A DNA stretch of 28,943 nucleotides from a virus (IMGVR_UViG_3300043172_000799:1-28943); one strand, 5' to 3'. Counted from the first letter of the stretch, positions 1 through 7,341 are shown. Numbers and translations are program-made. Notes: a model not told the origin generated them from the letters alone.

Positions 1-9
1 CATTATTTG

Positions 10-438
10 TCAAGTACTTTTATCCAAAGTAATTTTTTCATAGCAATGTGGGCAGATTATAGTTTTTCCAACTACAATCATATCCTGTACTTCTACGATT
101 AGTCCATCCACACAAATATTGTATTGATCATCGTGATCCTCCCCCTGTACTTCTACTATTCCAATTAAACCAAATCTTGTAAATTTACTATTCATCAATG
201 CAATTACTAGTTCTATAGCATCTTGCAAATTATGTGTACCTTCAGAACCACTCCATCTAACTCCAGAGAAGTCTTTTAATATCTCTAAATCTATATATGT
301 TAAATCAGGAAATATATCTCCCCATTCAGGGTGTTCTCGGTAATCTTCTCTGAGAACAGTTTGGAGATAAGCCAGTTCACTAGCTTTTAATTCTCTTGTG
401 AATTTTAATTCCCCATAGTAGTCTATATTGTATCCCAT
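10..438 (-). CDS. hypothetical phage protein with C-terminal CPHC zinc-ribbon-like motif
   Basis: 142-aa ORF; AAGGAG Shine-Dalgarno upstream of the ATG; MGY..Y.G N-terminus of a type common in phage proteins. Confidence 0.8.
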   Translation of the reverse strand: MGYNIDYYGELKFTRELKASELAYLQTVLREDYREHPEWGDIFPDLTYIDLEILKDFSGVRWSGSEGTHNLQDAIELVIALMNSKFTRFGLIGIVEVQGEDHDDQYNICVDGLIVEVQDMIVVGKTIICPHCYEKITLDKST

Positions 439-463
439 AATTACTCCTTTCCAACTTGGCTAA

Positions 464-478
464 TGTGTGTGTGTGTGT
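464..478. repeat. (TG)7 / (CA)7 dinucleotide microsatellite
   Basis: tgtgtgtgtgtgtgt, lying just 3' of the tmRNA-like gene on the minus strand. Confidence 0.9.
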
Positions 479-482
479 AGTA

Positions 483-608
483 TGGAGATGACGGCATCGA
501 AGCCGTGTCCGAACTACATGTACAAGATTTTAATCTACAGGAACTTTCGGTGCTAGTGCATTTACGTCATTCCTAATTACTATAATCCGTCGAAACCTTT
601 ACATCCCC
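483..608 (-). ncRNA. ssrA: miniature tmRNA (ssrA-like), 126 nt
   Basis: Minus strand begins GGGGATGTAAAGGTTTCGAC and ends GGACACGGCTTCGATGCCGTCATCTCCA. Acceptor stem GGGGAUG/CAUCUCC has the G3.U wobble and discriminator A. D-loop has no stem and ends GGUUUCGAC. P2a is GGAUUAUA/UGUAGUUC. T-arm is ACGGC-UUCGAU-GCCGU (6-nt loop). No full CCA tail is encoded after the discriminator. Confidence 0.85.
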
Positions 609-613
609 TAAAA

Positions 614-1152
614 ATCAGAGGGTCTATTTTAGATTGAACCCCCTGCTAAAGCAATCCTGACATGTTTTTAAAGTGGATTTTAAGTTCCCACTACTATGGA
701 TGCCATAGCACAGACAGAACATTATTTAATGTGCTTTCCATCCTTGTTCACACATGCCAAATATTTAACGTGGATTCAATGGCTTCCAGCAAGCAAGACT
801 ATTCTTTCCTCCCCTCCAAACTTTAACGTATTTACTCAGGGTCTTATACGAGTGAGCAGAACGTGCTTTTCTTCCAAACAGTAGCAGAGGTCATCCCGTA
901 GGATCGTCACTAGAACTGCGCAGTTCATTTACAGGGTTATGGTACAACGACCTAAAGATGGTTTAATGTTCCCTGACCACCTTTCCTTAATCCACAGCCA
1001 CACTCTGGGTGCCTACTCTTAGTAGCTTCCTCTCGACTAACTGTTTCATGTCTTAAAGCAATTGGCGTGGTATTCTCGACGCCCCGTTTTACTTCAGCAC
1101 AACATATGTGAATGTGCCCCAACTATCGACCACAGTTGGCTCTCGCTCTGAT
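614..1152 (-). ncRNA. large structured non-coding RNA (~540 nt), family unassigned; size and context like ROOL/GOLLD
   Basis: No credible ORF. Ends pair (AUCAGAG 1152-1146 with CUCUGAU 620-614). More than 10 local and long-range helices, G.U pairs favouring the minus strand, and a c(UACG)g tetraloop at 893-904. Confidence 0.75.
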
Positions 1153-1178
1153 AAACAAAATACTCCTCCTTTATTAAT

Positions 1179-1184
1179 ATTATA
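1179..1184 (-). promoter_or_regulatory. candidate -10 box for the RNA cassette
   Basis: Perfect TATAAT about 27 nt upstream of the large RNA; no good -35 box at 17 nt spacing. Confidence 0.35.
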
Positions 1185-1412
1185 CTATTTCATCTCTACA
1201 ACCATATTAGGTATAGCTTCTGGTACTCTTCTTACATCAAATGTCTCTAGGTTCCCAACATCCTTTGCATAGAAGATCCCTCTCCAAAAACTCTCTGCGA
1301 ATTTTATTGACTTTAATAATTTCATTATTGTTCATTATTAAATCAATCACATCTTTTCTTTCCATTCCCCAGAGTCTCCTTCAAAAATCTCAATCATTCT
1401 TTCTTTTGTCAT
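1185..1412 (-). pseudogene. fragmented small gene(s) between the recombinase and the RNA cassette
   Basis: ATG at 1412 overlaps the recombinase stop (ATGA) and gives only MTKERMIEIFEGDSGEWKEKM*. Protein-like text continues in shifted frames (MERKDVIDLIMNNNEIIKV..., then FWRGIFYAKDVGNLETFDVRRVPEAIPNMVVEMK*). Confidence 0.35.
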
Positions 1413-2344
1413 ACTATTACCTCCAATCCTCTCAAATATTTTTCAGTCACTGTGACACTTGCATGGTGAAGTGCCTTTGACACAAGATAGATATCTTTTG
1501 TCTTACTATATAGCTTGCAAGCAAACATATGACGATAGTCATGCGGTGTATATTTATGCATGATCTCTCTATTTTTATACAAAATCCCAATAGTTCTTCT
1601 GAAGGACGTTTGTACACTATTGCCATTTAAATCTGGCAGTAATTCAGAGTTTTCTGCTATGAAAGCATCTCCTTCCACATTAACTGAATAGAACTTCCCC
1701 TTGCTCATTGAACTTAAGGTTTTACCATCATATTTAATAAACTCTTTATTAAAGAACCCAACCCTCACTGCGTATTTAGTCATAATGTGAATTGCTAGTT
1801 TCATTTTTTTATCAGCTTTGGAATCCGAATTATACATTTCTAGTATATTTTCAATCTCTTTCTCAGAAGGCAAATGCTTAATTTCTGGAACTATTTTAGT
1901 ATTCTTTATTCTAACTCCTAGGAATGGATTTCGTTCAACCCATTCATGTCTACAAAGCATAGAGTAAAATGAAGAAAGTACTGACAGTATGAGCTTTGCC
2001 TTCCCACTACTATAATTACTTAAGACAGAATATTTATACAGATCTACAGTTTTAAAGTTTACATCCAGAAGTGATTTCCCATCTAGATATGTAATGAAAC
2101 TGTTTAGATACAAACTATACATGCGTTTAGTATCTTTGGCTTTGCCCTCAAGGAAGAAATTGATGTTATCCTGTAAATCAAATTCTGACTTTTGTACTTC
2201 AGATTTAACCTGAGTTTTATACTGATCCATTTTTACAGAGAGCAATACATGCTTCAACTGCTCTTCAGATAATTCCCTGAATGACTCCGGCATAGAACTT
2301 AAAATATCTACAACTGTATTCTCTGTATTCATTATAGCTGTCAT
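1409..2344 (-). CDS. tyrosine recombinase/integrase (XerC/D-like)
   Basis: Catalytic motifs YAVRVG (R), PHDYRH (HxxR), LHHASVTVTEKY (H...Y); SAM-like domain ending NPF. Confidence 0.92.
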   Translation of the reverse strand: MTAIMNTENTVVDILSSMPESFRELSEEQLKHVLLSVKMDQYKTQVKSEVQKSEFDLQDNINFFLEGKAKDTKRMYSLYLNSFITYLDGKSLLDVNFKTVDLYKYSVLSNYSSGKAKLILSVLSSFYSMLCRHEWVERNPFLGVRIKNTKIVPEIKHLPSEKEIENILEMYNSDSKADKKMKLAIHIMTKYAVRVGFFNKEFIKYDGKTLSSMSKGKFYSVNVEGDAFIAENSELLPDLNGNSVQTSFRRTIGILYKNREIMHKYTPHDYRHMFACKLYSKTKDIYLVSKALHHASVTVTEKYLRGLEVIV

Positions 2345-2366
2345 ATTTCCCCCTTAACTATAATTC

Positions 2367-2395
2367 ATAATAGCATGATTCTCATTTTTTGTCAA
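2367..2395 (-). promoter_or_regulatory. sigma70 promoter of the recombinase
   Basis: TTGACA-17 nt-TATTAT with extended -10 TG. Confidence 0.8.
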
Positions 2396-2598
2396 GTAGT
2401 TTCTTCTGCACAAAGTTTTAAAAAGTCTTCTCTATACAATTCTTTTAGATTCTTTGAAAATTCTTTATCTCCCATTTCATGTGTGTACACTGGTCTATTC
2501 ATTCTTTTCTCTACATCTTCATGGAAATCTCCAAAGTCCTTTGCCATGAATATTCCTGTGTATCCTGTTACAATAATTTTTTCTTGATTGGTCATCAC
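2392..2598 (-). CDS. hypothetical phage protein
   Basis: 68-aa ORF with AAGGAG RBS and ATGA overlap with the upstream gene. Confidence 0.8.
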   Translation of the reverse strand: MMTNQEKIIVTGYTGIFMAKDFGDFHEDVEKRMNRPVYTHEMGDKEFSKNLKELYREDFLKLCAEETT

Positions 2599-2780
2599 TT
2601 TCTCCTTAAACCTATATCCTCACATATCTCACACGATTTACCAAATGTATGTTTAGGGCACATAAGAGTTTCTAATTCCTCACTTTTATCTAAAATTGGT
2701 TTATGTGCATATAAACCATAATCAATATTGTTTACCAAAAATTTACTTGCTGGTAAGTACATTCCCAAATATTTATTCAT
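2595..2780 (-). CDS. hypothetical protein with Cys/His cluster
   Basis: 61-aa ORF, CPKH...CEIC; stop overlaps the next start. Confidence 0.7.
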   Translation of the reverse strand: MNKYLGMYLPASKFLVNNIDYGLYAHKPILDKSEELETLMCPKHTFGKSCEICEDIGLRRK

Positions 2781-2821
2781 AAATCCACCTAATTACTCCT
2801 CATACTACATAGAATATTTGA

Positions 2822-3304
2822 TTATACCTTATTTACAACACTAGCCATAAGATCACAAACAAAGTTCATCTTCTCAGGAACTGTGCCTAACTTATCTTTA
2901 TGTGCTTTTACATGAACCATTTTAATTCTGATGTCTCTTCCACTTTGTGCTATAAAAGTGTGTAACTTTTTGATGCCATCTTCCATACCTGTTCTTTGAA
3001 CCTCATACCACGGGGTATTCATACGAAGGATGGCCGGTTCACTATCCGTGTATGCCTTGAAGTACACCTCTTTTGGATGTAGTTTGATAGCACGTATTAA
3101 TGCTCCAACTAAAGTTTTAAACTCTAAGTCACATATTGTTGGTCTATTATTCTTTATCTCTACAATTGGTGTACGGCACATTTTTATGGAAGTATAAGCA
3201 TTAGAACTTTTAAATCCTTTGTTCTGACTATTTTTAGTAATTACATAGGCTCCACGGCCTTCTTTATTTGCTATTGATGCATCGGTATAAATATGGATTG
3301 GCAT
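2822..3304 (-). CDS. ribonuclease H-like protein (RNase HI fold)
   Basis: IYTDAS, DLE, YTDS, HVKAH and N..CD match the D-E-D-D catalytic pattern of RNase HI. Confidence 0.8.
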   Translation of the reverse strand: MPIHIYTDASIANKEGRGAYVITKNSQNKGFKSSNAYTSIKMCRTPIVEIKNNRPTICDLEFKTLVGALIRAIKLHPKEVYFKAYTDSEPAILRMNTPWYEVQRTGMEDGIKKLHTFIAQSGRDIRIKMVHVKAHKDKLGTVPEKMNFVCDLMASVVNKV

Positions 3305-3552
3305 TATATGTCTCTCCTCATATCATAGTAATAATCTGAAAACTCCTGTAGTCGAATGTTACCACAAACTGAGCAGTATTCATTAGAGGAAAGACCATCA
3401 CTAGTATCAAACTCAAGCATAAGAAGATCTCCTTTCTTACTTTCTTTTTGACAGATGGGGCAATTGCCTTTAAAGTTGCCTGTATTTGTGTGCCATGATT
3501 GATGCCCAAAGTGGCTTATGTTATCTTTAGTAAGTGGTTGATGCTCTCTCAT
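3304..3552 (-). CDS. hypothetical zinc-finger protein
   Basis: CPIC...CSVC; AGGAG RBS; follows a promoter. Confidence 0.75.
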   Translation of the reverse strand: MREHQPLTKDNISHFGHQSWHTNTGNFKGNCPICQKESKKGDLLMLEFDTSDGLSSNEYCSVCGNIRLQEFSDYYYDMRRDI

Positions 3553-3582
3553 TGTAAACTCCTCTAATTTTAGTATAATGTA

Positions 3583-3611
3583 AGAATAACAGATTATCTT
3601 CAGTTTGTCAA
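3583..3611 (-). promoter_or_regulatory. sigma70 promoter
   Basis: TTGACA-17 nt-TATTCT with extended -10 TG. Confidence 0.75.
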
Positions 3612-3625
3612 GAACTTTTTATCAT

Positions 3626-3895
3626 TTATTTAACTCCTAAAATAACTACTTCGGCATCCAATATTACAATTGCATCTAAATCTGTTCTAGAGTGACACAG
3701 AGCTCCATTGGATAACACTATTGAGTATATTATATGCTTACCTTTGACCTCTTCTCTCGTAAATTCATAGTATTTTCTCCCCACTTCGTCTGGAATTCTA
3801 ATAAAGACTTCGTATATGTTACCTCTACTATGTGCCCAACAATCCCCTACATCTGGGATAATCTCTTTAATTGAGCTTTTATCTGTTATCTTCAT
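3626..3895 (-). CDS. hypothetical protein
   Basis: 89-aa ORF abutting the upstream stop. Confidence 0.75.
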   Translation of the reverse strand: MKITDKSSIKEIIPDVGDCWAHSRGNIYEVFIRIPDEVGRKYYEFTREEVKGKHIIYSIVLSNGALCHSRTDLDAIVILDAEVVILGVK

Positions 3896-4552
3896 TTACT
3901 TCACCTTATACCTTATATTAAATAATTTTCTGAAGAATCTTTTAACCTCGTAAACAGCCAAGTCAAATTTTCCTACTTTAAACTTGCATTTAGAATAATT
4001 TCCCATGAAGTAATCACCCCCATCTAATACTCTTGCATAAAGCATTTCATTATTCCACTTCTCTTTGTCACCTATTGTGCTATATGGGAAAGGAAATCTC
4101 TTATCCTCTAAATCATTACACGTTGGGCATACAAGTCGCATAAGGGATTCTTCCTGTGATCCATCAATGGATACAATTGTTCCACACTCATCACACTGAT
4201 AGATAGACTGGAGTTCAGCATGACTATCCCAAAGTGTTGTAAATGGGGTGCAATAGGGGAGGGGATTTGTATGTCCATAGTATTTTCTCTCCTTCAGCCA
4301 ATCTCTAGCAGTGGTTTCAAAATCGAAATAGAAATGATATTTTTCTTTCATGGTATTAAAGTTCCATTCTAATAATTGCCAAATTCTTCTTCCATCTCGC
4401 CAATCAAATGAATGACTTATCTTCTGGAAGGTATTTTCAAGGAACTCAATAGGATTTCTATTAAAATTCACATGCTCTCTTGCATATTTTTTGTTTAGTG
4501 TTTCCACCATATCAAATCTATCTTTGTATATTGTTAAATCACATTCTCTCAT
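3896..4552 (-). CDS. hypothetical protein with zinc ribbon
   Basis: 218 aa, CDEC...CPTC; AGGAGG RBS. Confidence 0.85.
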   Translation of the reverse strand: MRECDLTIYKDRFDMVETLNKKYAREHVNFNRNPIEFLENTFQKISHSFDWRDGRRIWQLLEWNFNTMKEKYHFYFDFETTARDWLKERKYYGHTNPLPYCTPFTTLWDSHAELQSIYQCDECGTIVSIDGSQEESLMRLVCPTCNDLEDKRFPFPYSTIGDKEKWNNEMLYARVLDGGDYFMGNYSKCKFKVGKFDLAVYEVKRFFRKLFNIRYKVK

Positions 4553-4561
4553 ATTTTCCTC

Positions 4562-4819
4562 CTAGTTATCTCTATGTATAAATCTGTAATCAACAGCTTT
4601 CATCATATGCCATTTATCATCAAAATTAATATAGTGAATATACCCAAAAGCTGATGAGTCATTCATAGCATCAATTAAGGACATTTCTCCTATTGGAATT
4701 ATGTCAATATAGGAATATGAAGACATAGCATCTCCACAAGTTAAGGCTTCATATTCATCTTCAAATCCAATCAAAATTATATTATCTTTTTCAGATTGTG
4801 CTAATACCCAGTATGTCAT
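4562..4819 (-). CDS. hypothetical protein
   Basis: 85-aa ORF in the operon. Confidence 0.75.
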   Translation of the reverse strand: MTYWVLAQSEKDNIILIGFEDEYEALTCGDAMSSYSYIDIIPIGEMSLIDAMNDSSAFGYIHYINFDDKWHMMKAVDYRFIHRDN

Positions 4820-4977
4820 TTTTTATCCCTCATTTGATACCAGACTCGCTTAGCTTCAGCTTTGGAGATACAGAACTCCTCATCGATTAGCATTTTGATT
4901 GCATTATTGGTACCATAAGTACCTACAATATGCTTCACCCGTTTTCTCCAGATGGATCTTTCTTCTTTATTTGTCAT
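4816..4977 (-). CDS. small hypothetical protein (53 aa, not in the ORF track)
   Basis: MTNKEERSIWRKRVKHIV...RDKK*; fills the gap and ends in an ATGA overlap. Confidence 0.65.
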   Translation of the reverse strand: MTNKEERSIWRKRVKHIVGTYGTNNAIKMLIDEEFCISKAEAKRVWYQMRDKK

Positions 4978-5236
4978 CATATTCAACCTCTTTTAGCAGT
5001 ACACCAGAAAAGTAATCCATAAGACCACTATCATGTGCTACCATAATTCGTTCACCTTTTTCAAAACATTCTGGATCTCCATTGATCTTAAACATTTTAA
5101 GATCAAGATCATCAATCTCTTCTTCTGGTATTCCTGCAAAGAAATGATTATCAAGATCATTACAACCATGATTTGAAAATTGCTCAGATGCCATCTCTAG
5201 AAGTCTTGCTACCATTAGTTTTTCAGATATTGTCAT
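4967..5236 (-). CDS. hypothetical phage protein
   Basis: 89 aa, FSNHGCNDL motif; ATGA overlap. Confidence 0.8.
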   Translation of the reverse strand: MTISEKLMVARLLEMASEQFSNHGCNDLDNHFFAGIPEEEIDDLDLKMFKINGDPECFEKGERIMVAHDSGLMDYFSGVLLKEVEYDDK

Positions 5237-5469
5237 TTGTGAGCCTCATTGGGGCAATTAGCATTATGAGTTATCATAGCACTACTACTATAGAATCCTC
5301 TGAGATATTCATGATTCTCTATCACTTCAATGGAGTATATATTCCCAGAATCACTGTATATTCTCCTTCTTGAAGTAACTATGTCCCCATCTTCATCTAT
5401 GTAAACTTTTCTGGTACAGGATGTCAAGACTGCTATTGTCAGAACTAAAACTATTACTATTTTTTTCAT
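5233..5469 (-). CDS. putative lipoprotein
   Basis: MKK, hydrophobic stretch, then lipobox-like LTSC; AAGGAG RBS. Confidence 0.75.
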   Translation of the reverse strand: MKKIVIVLVLTIAVLTSCTRKVYIDEDGDIVTSRRRIYSDSGNIYSIEVIENHEYLRGFYSSSAMITHNANCPNEAHK

Positions 5470-5488
5470 ATATTACTCCTTTATATAA

Positions 5489-5517
5489 ACCTTAACACAT
5501 TCATTATAGTTTGTCAA
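5489..5517 (-). promoter_or_regulatory. sigma70 promoter
   Basis: TTGACA-17 nt-TAAGGT with extended -10 TG. Confidence 0.7.
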
Positions 5518-5572
5518 GAGAAAGTTAACATAATTCCATCATCTTAGTATTATGCATGTTAAGGTGAAAAAA

Positions 5573-6268
5573 TCATATTACTAAATTAATCAAATAAGGG
5601 GTAGGATTTATAGCTATCCATCCAATAGAAGTTAATATCCATAATTCTAGGTGCAAATGAATTCCATCAGAAATTCCTGTAGATCCTAGATATGCAATTG
5701 CATCATTAGATCTAACAGTCATTCCAGTAGTGGCTCTGTTATAAACTGTCTTATTATGAGCATAAACTGTCTTCACATATTTATTATGTTGGATAGTAAC
5801 ATTCTTACCAAGTGTACTATTGATAGAGAAATCCTCTACAAAGCCTTCAGCTAATGGGGTTATGAGCCAGTTGAACTCTAATGGTATTAAGTCAATTCCC
5901 TGATGATTGGGTCTATACTTACCATCAATCCCAGGGCTTTTACCAAATCCTGCTGTTTTTATATATGGAACTCTAAATACATCTCCATAAGGGATTTGCT
6001 CTAGTAACATTTCAAGTTCCTCCATTGGGATTTTATTGCTAAGTTCCCCTAGAGATCCTTTCAACTGCATCATTCTAATTAGCTTATCATTTTCTTCTTT
6101 TAATTCAGAATTTACATCCATAAGAATGTCTAAGTCATCCAATAGGCTATTTTTAAGTTCCTCCATGGAATTACTATACGTTTTTTCTTTATTTAGAGTG
6201 TCTACTAATATATAAATTGTAAATATTAGTACTACAATTATAGATACTCTTGATATTCTAAGTAGCAA
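5573..6268 (-). CDS. membrane-anchored M23 family metallopeptidase (cell-wall hydrolase)
   Basis: N-terminal TM helix, coiled coil, then HQGID, YAH and STG.S.G.HLHLE motifs. TTG start at 6268 inferred from the GGAGG RBS. Confidence 0.88.
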   Translation of the reverse strand: MLLRISRVSIIVVLIFTIYILVDTLNKEKTYSNSMEELKNSLLDDLDILMDVNSELKEENDKLIRMMQLKGSLGELSNKIPMEELEMLLEQIPYGDVFRVPYIKTAGFGKSPGIDGKYRPNHQGIDLIPLEFNWLITPLAEGFVEDFSINSTLGKNVTIQHNKYVKTVYAHNKTVYNRATTGMTVRSNDAIAYLGSTGISDGIHLHLELWILTSIGWIAINPTPYLINLVI

Positions 6269-6270
6269 TG

Positions 6271-6432
6271 TTATTCCTCCTGGCACCATGTAGATAGATC
6301 AAACATTTCATCTCTACGTTTAAGACCAAACAAACAGCATGATGGCCTTCCATCACGATCTTCTATCATAACAACACATGAAGCATCATTATTACATTGG
6401 GTACATTCCCATTTAATCCTGTCATCTTCCAT
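6271..6432 (-). CDS. small Cys-rich hypothetical protein (53 aa, not in the ORF track)
   Basis: MEDDRIKWECTQC...WCQEE*; AAGGAG RBS. Confidence 0.65.
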   Translation of the reverse strand: MEDDRIKWECTQCNNDASCVVMIEDRDGRPSCCLFGLKRRDEMFDLSTWCQEE

Positions 6433-6444
6433 AAATATCTCCTT

Positions 6445-6648
6445 TTACATTACAATTTTGGTTTTATACATTTCTCCTGAAGAAAATATATCCATGTTAA
6501 AATTAGGATTCTCAATTAAGAAATCTCTTATAGAAATAGCCCTATCAGTTTCTGGATGATCTATCCAAGTAAAATCTAATTTTTCTCTTATCTCTTCAGT
6601 TATCTTAATTCTTTCTTCTTTAGATAAATCAAAATATAAATCTTTCAT
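6445..6648 (-). CDS. hypothetical protein
   Basis: 67 aa; AAGGAG RBS. Confidence 0.7.
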   Translation of the reverse strand: MKDLYFDLSKEERIKITEEIREKLDFTWIDHPETDRAISIRDFLIENPNFNMDIFSSGEMYKTKIVM

Positions 6649-6661
6649 AGCTAATACTCCT

Positions 6662-6985
6662 TTAATACAAACTAATATTTACTTTCTTTCTTATCCCAGA
6701 TCTTTTGAACACAACCTGTCTAGTAGTTGGGCAAATCTTTACATGTTTATTATCTACCTCCATTTCATAGGCATTGAATCCAAAAAATAATAGTGCAGAA
6801 TAATTGTTTGAAGGAAACCATGATTTTAAATCTGCTATAGATTTACAGCCACAGTATAATTGCAAGTTCATCTTTATTCCATCTATCTGTGGTAGCTTGG
6901 TCTTCCAGTTCTTTGAATAGGGATAAGGCAATCCTCTTTTGAAAGGGCCATTATTCATACTATTCTCTATTTGGTATATTTTCAT
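6662..6985 (-). CDS. hypothetical phage protein
   Basis: 107-aa ORF in the operon. Confidence 0.75.
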   Translation of the reverse strand: MKIYQIENSMNNGPFKRGLPYPYSKNWKTKLPQIDGIKMNLQLYCGCKSIADLKSWFPSNNYSALLFFGFNAYEMEVDNKHVKICPTTRQVVFKRSGIRKKVNISLY

Positions 6986-7050
6986 TTAATTTTGCTTACG
7001 GGTATTGTTCTATTTTCCTCAAACTGATTAGAAAGAGTACTTGTGATGTC

Positions 7051-7341
7051 TCACATCTTATCCATTTTTCTATGCATAGACTCAATTGATCTAGAAATCT
7101 TAAGTTCAAGTAATTTAGTTGCTTCATTTAAATCCTCTGGAAGACACCAAACCATAGCAAGAATATTATTAGTAAGGAAGTCAAAATCACAGTTACAGAC
7201 TAAAAGCTCTTTTTTCTTTATGATTCTTGTCACATCTTCATATTGGACTCTAATAGTTGTTGTCCTACTTTCCGAATCCCACTTTATCTTTTTTATTTCA
7301 AAACCATCTTCATTCACTCTGCCTATCAATCTATATATCAT
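7051..7341 (-). CDS. hypothetical protein
   Basis: 96 aa; AGGAG RBS; follows a promoter. Confidence 0.75.
   Translation of the reverse strand: MIYRLIGRVNEDGFEIKKIKWDSESRTTTIRVQYEDVTRIIKKKELLVCNCDFDFLTNNILAMVWCLPEDLNEATKLLELKISRSIESMHRKMDKM

Noticed and set aside
483-608. Ordinary tRNA-Ala or two-piece permuted tmRNA
   Set aside because: There is no D-stem or anticodon arm, and both acceptor strands are in standard order within one unit.
696-884. 62-aa plus-strand ORF within the RNA block
   Set aside because: No RBS, opposite to the local gene orientation, and the region is better explained by minus-strand RNA structure.
614-1152. RNase P RNA or group I/II intron as the identity of the large RNA
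   Set aside because: GAGGAAAG is not followed by UCC and there is no matching 3' P4 strand. There is no GUGCG 5' end or domain V, and no flanking exons are evident. A covariance-model search is still needed to exclude these formally.
1153-1171. Strong SD (AAGGAGGAG) ahead of the large RNA
   Set aside because: It is followed only by a TTG-started 11-codon frame; not supportable as a CDS and possibly vestigial.
1409-3304. Tyrosine recombinase plus RNase H as a DIRS-like or retron-type retroelement
   Set aside because: No reverse transcriptase in the window; both genes are common in phages.
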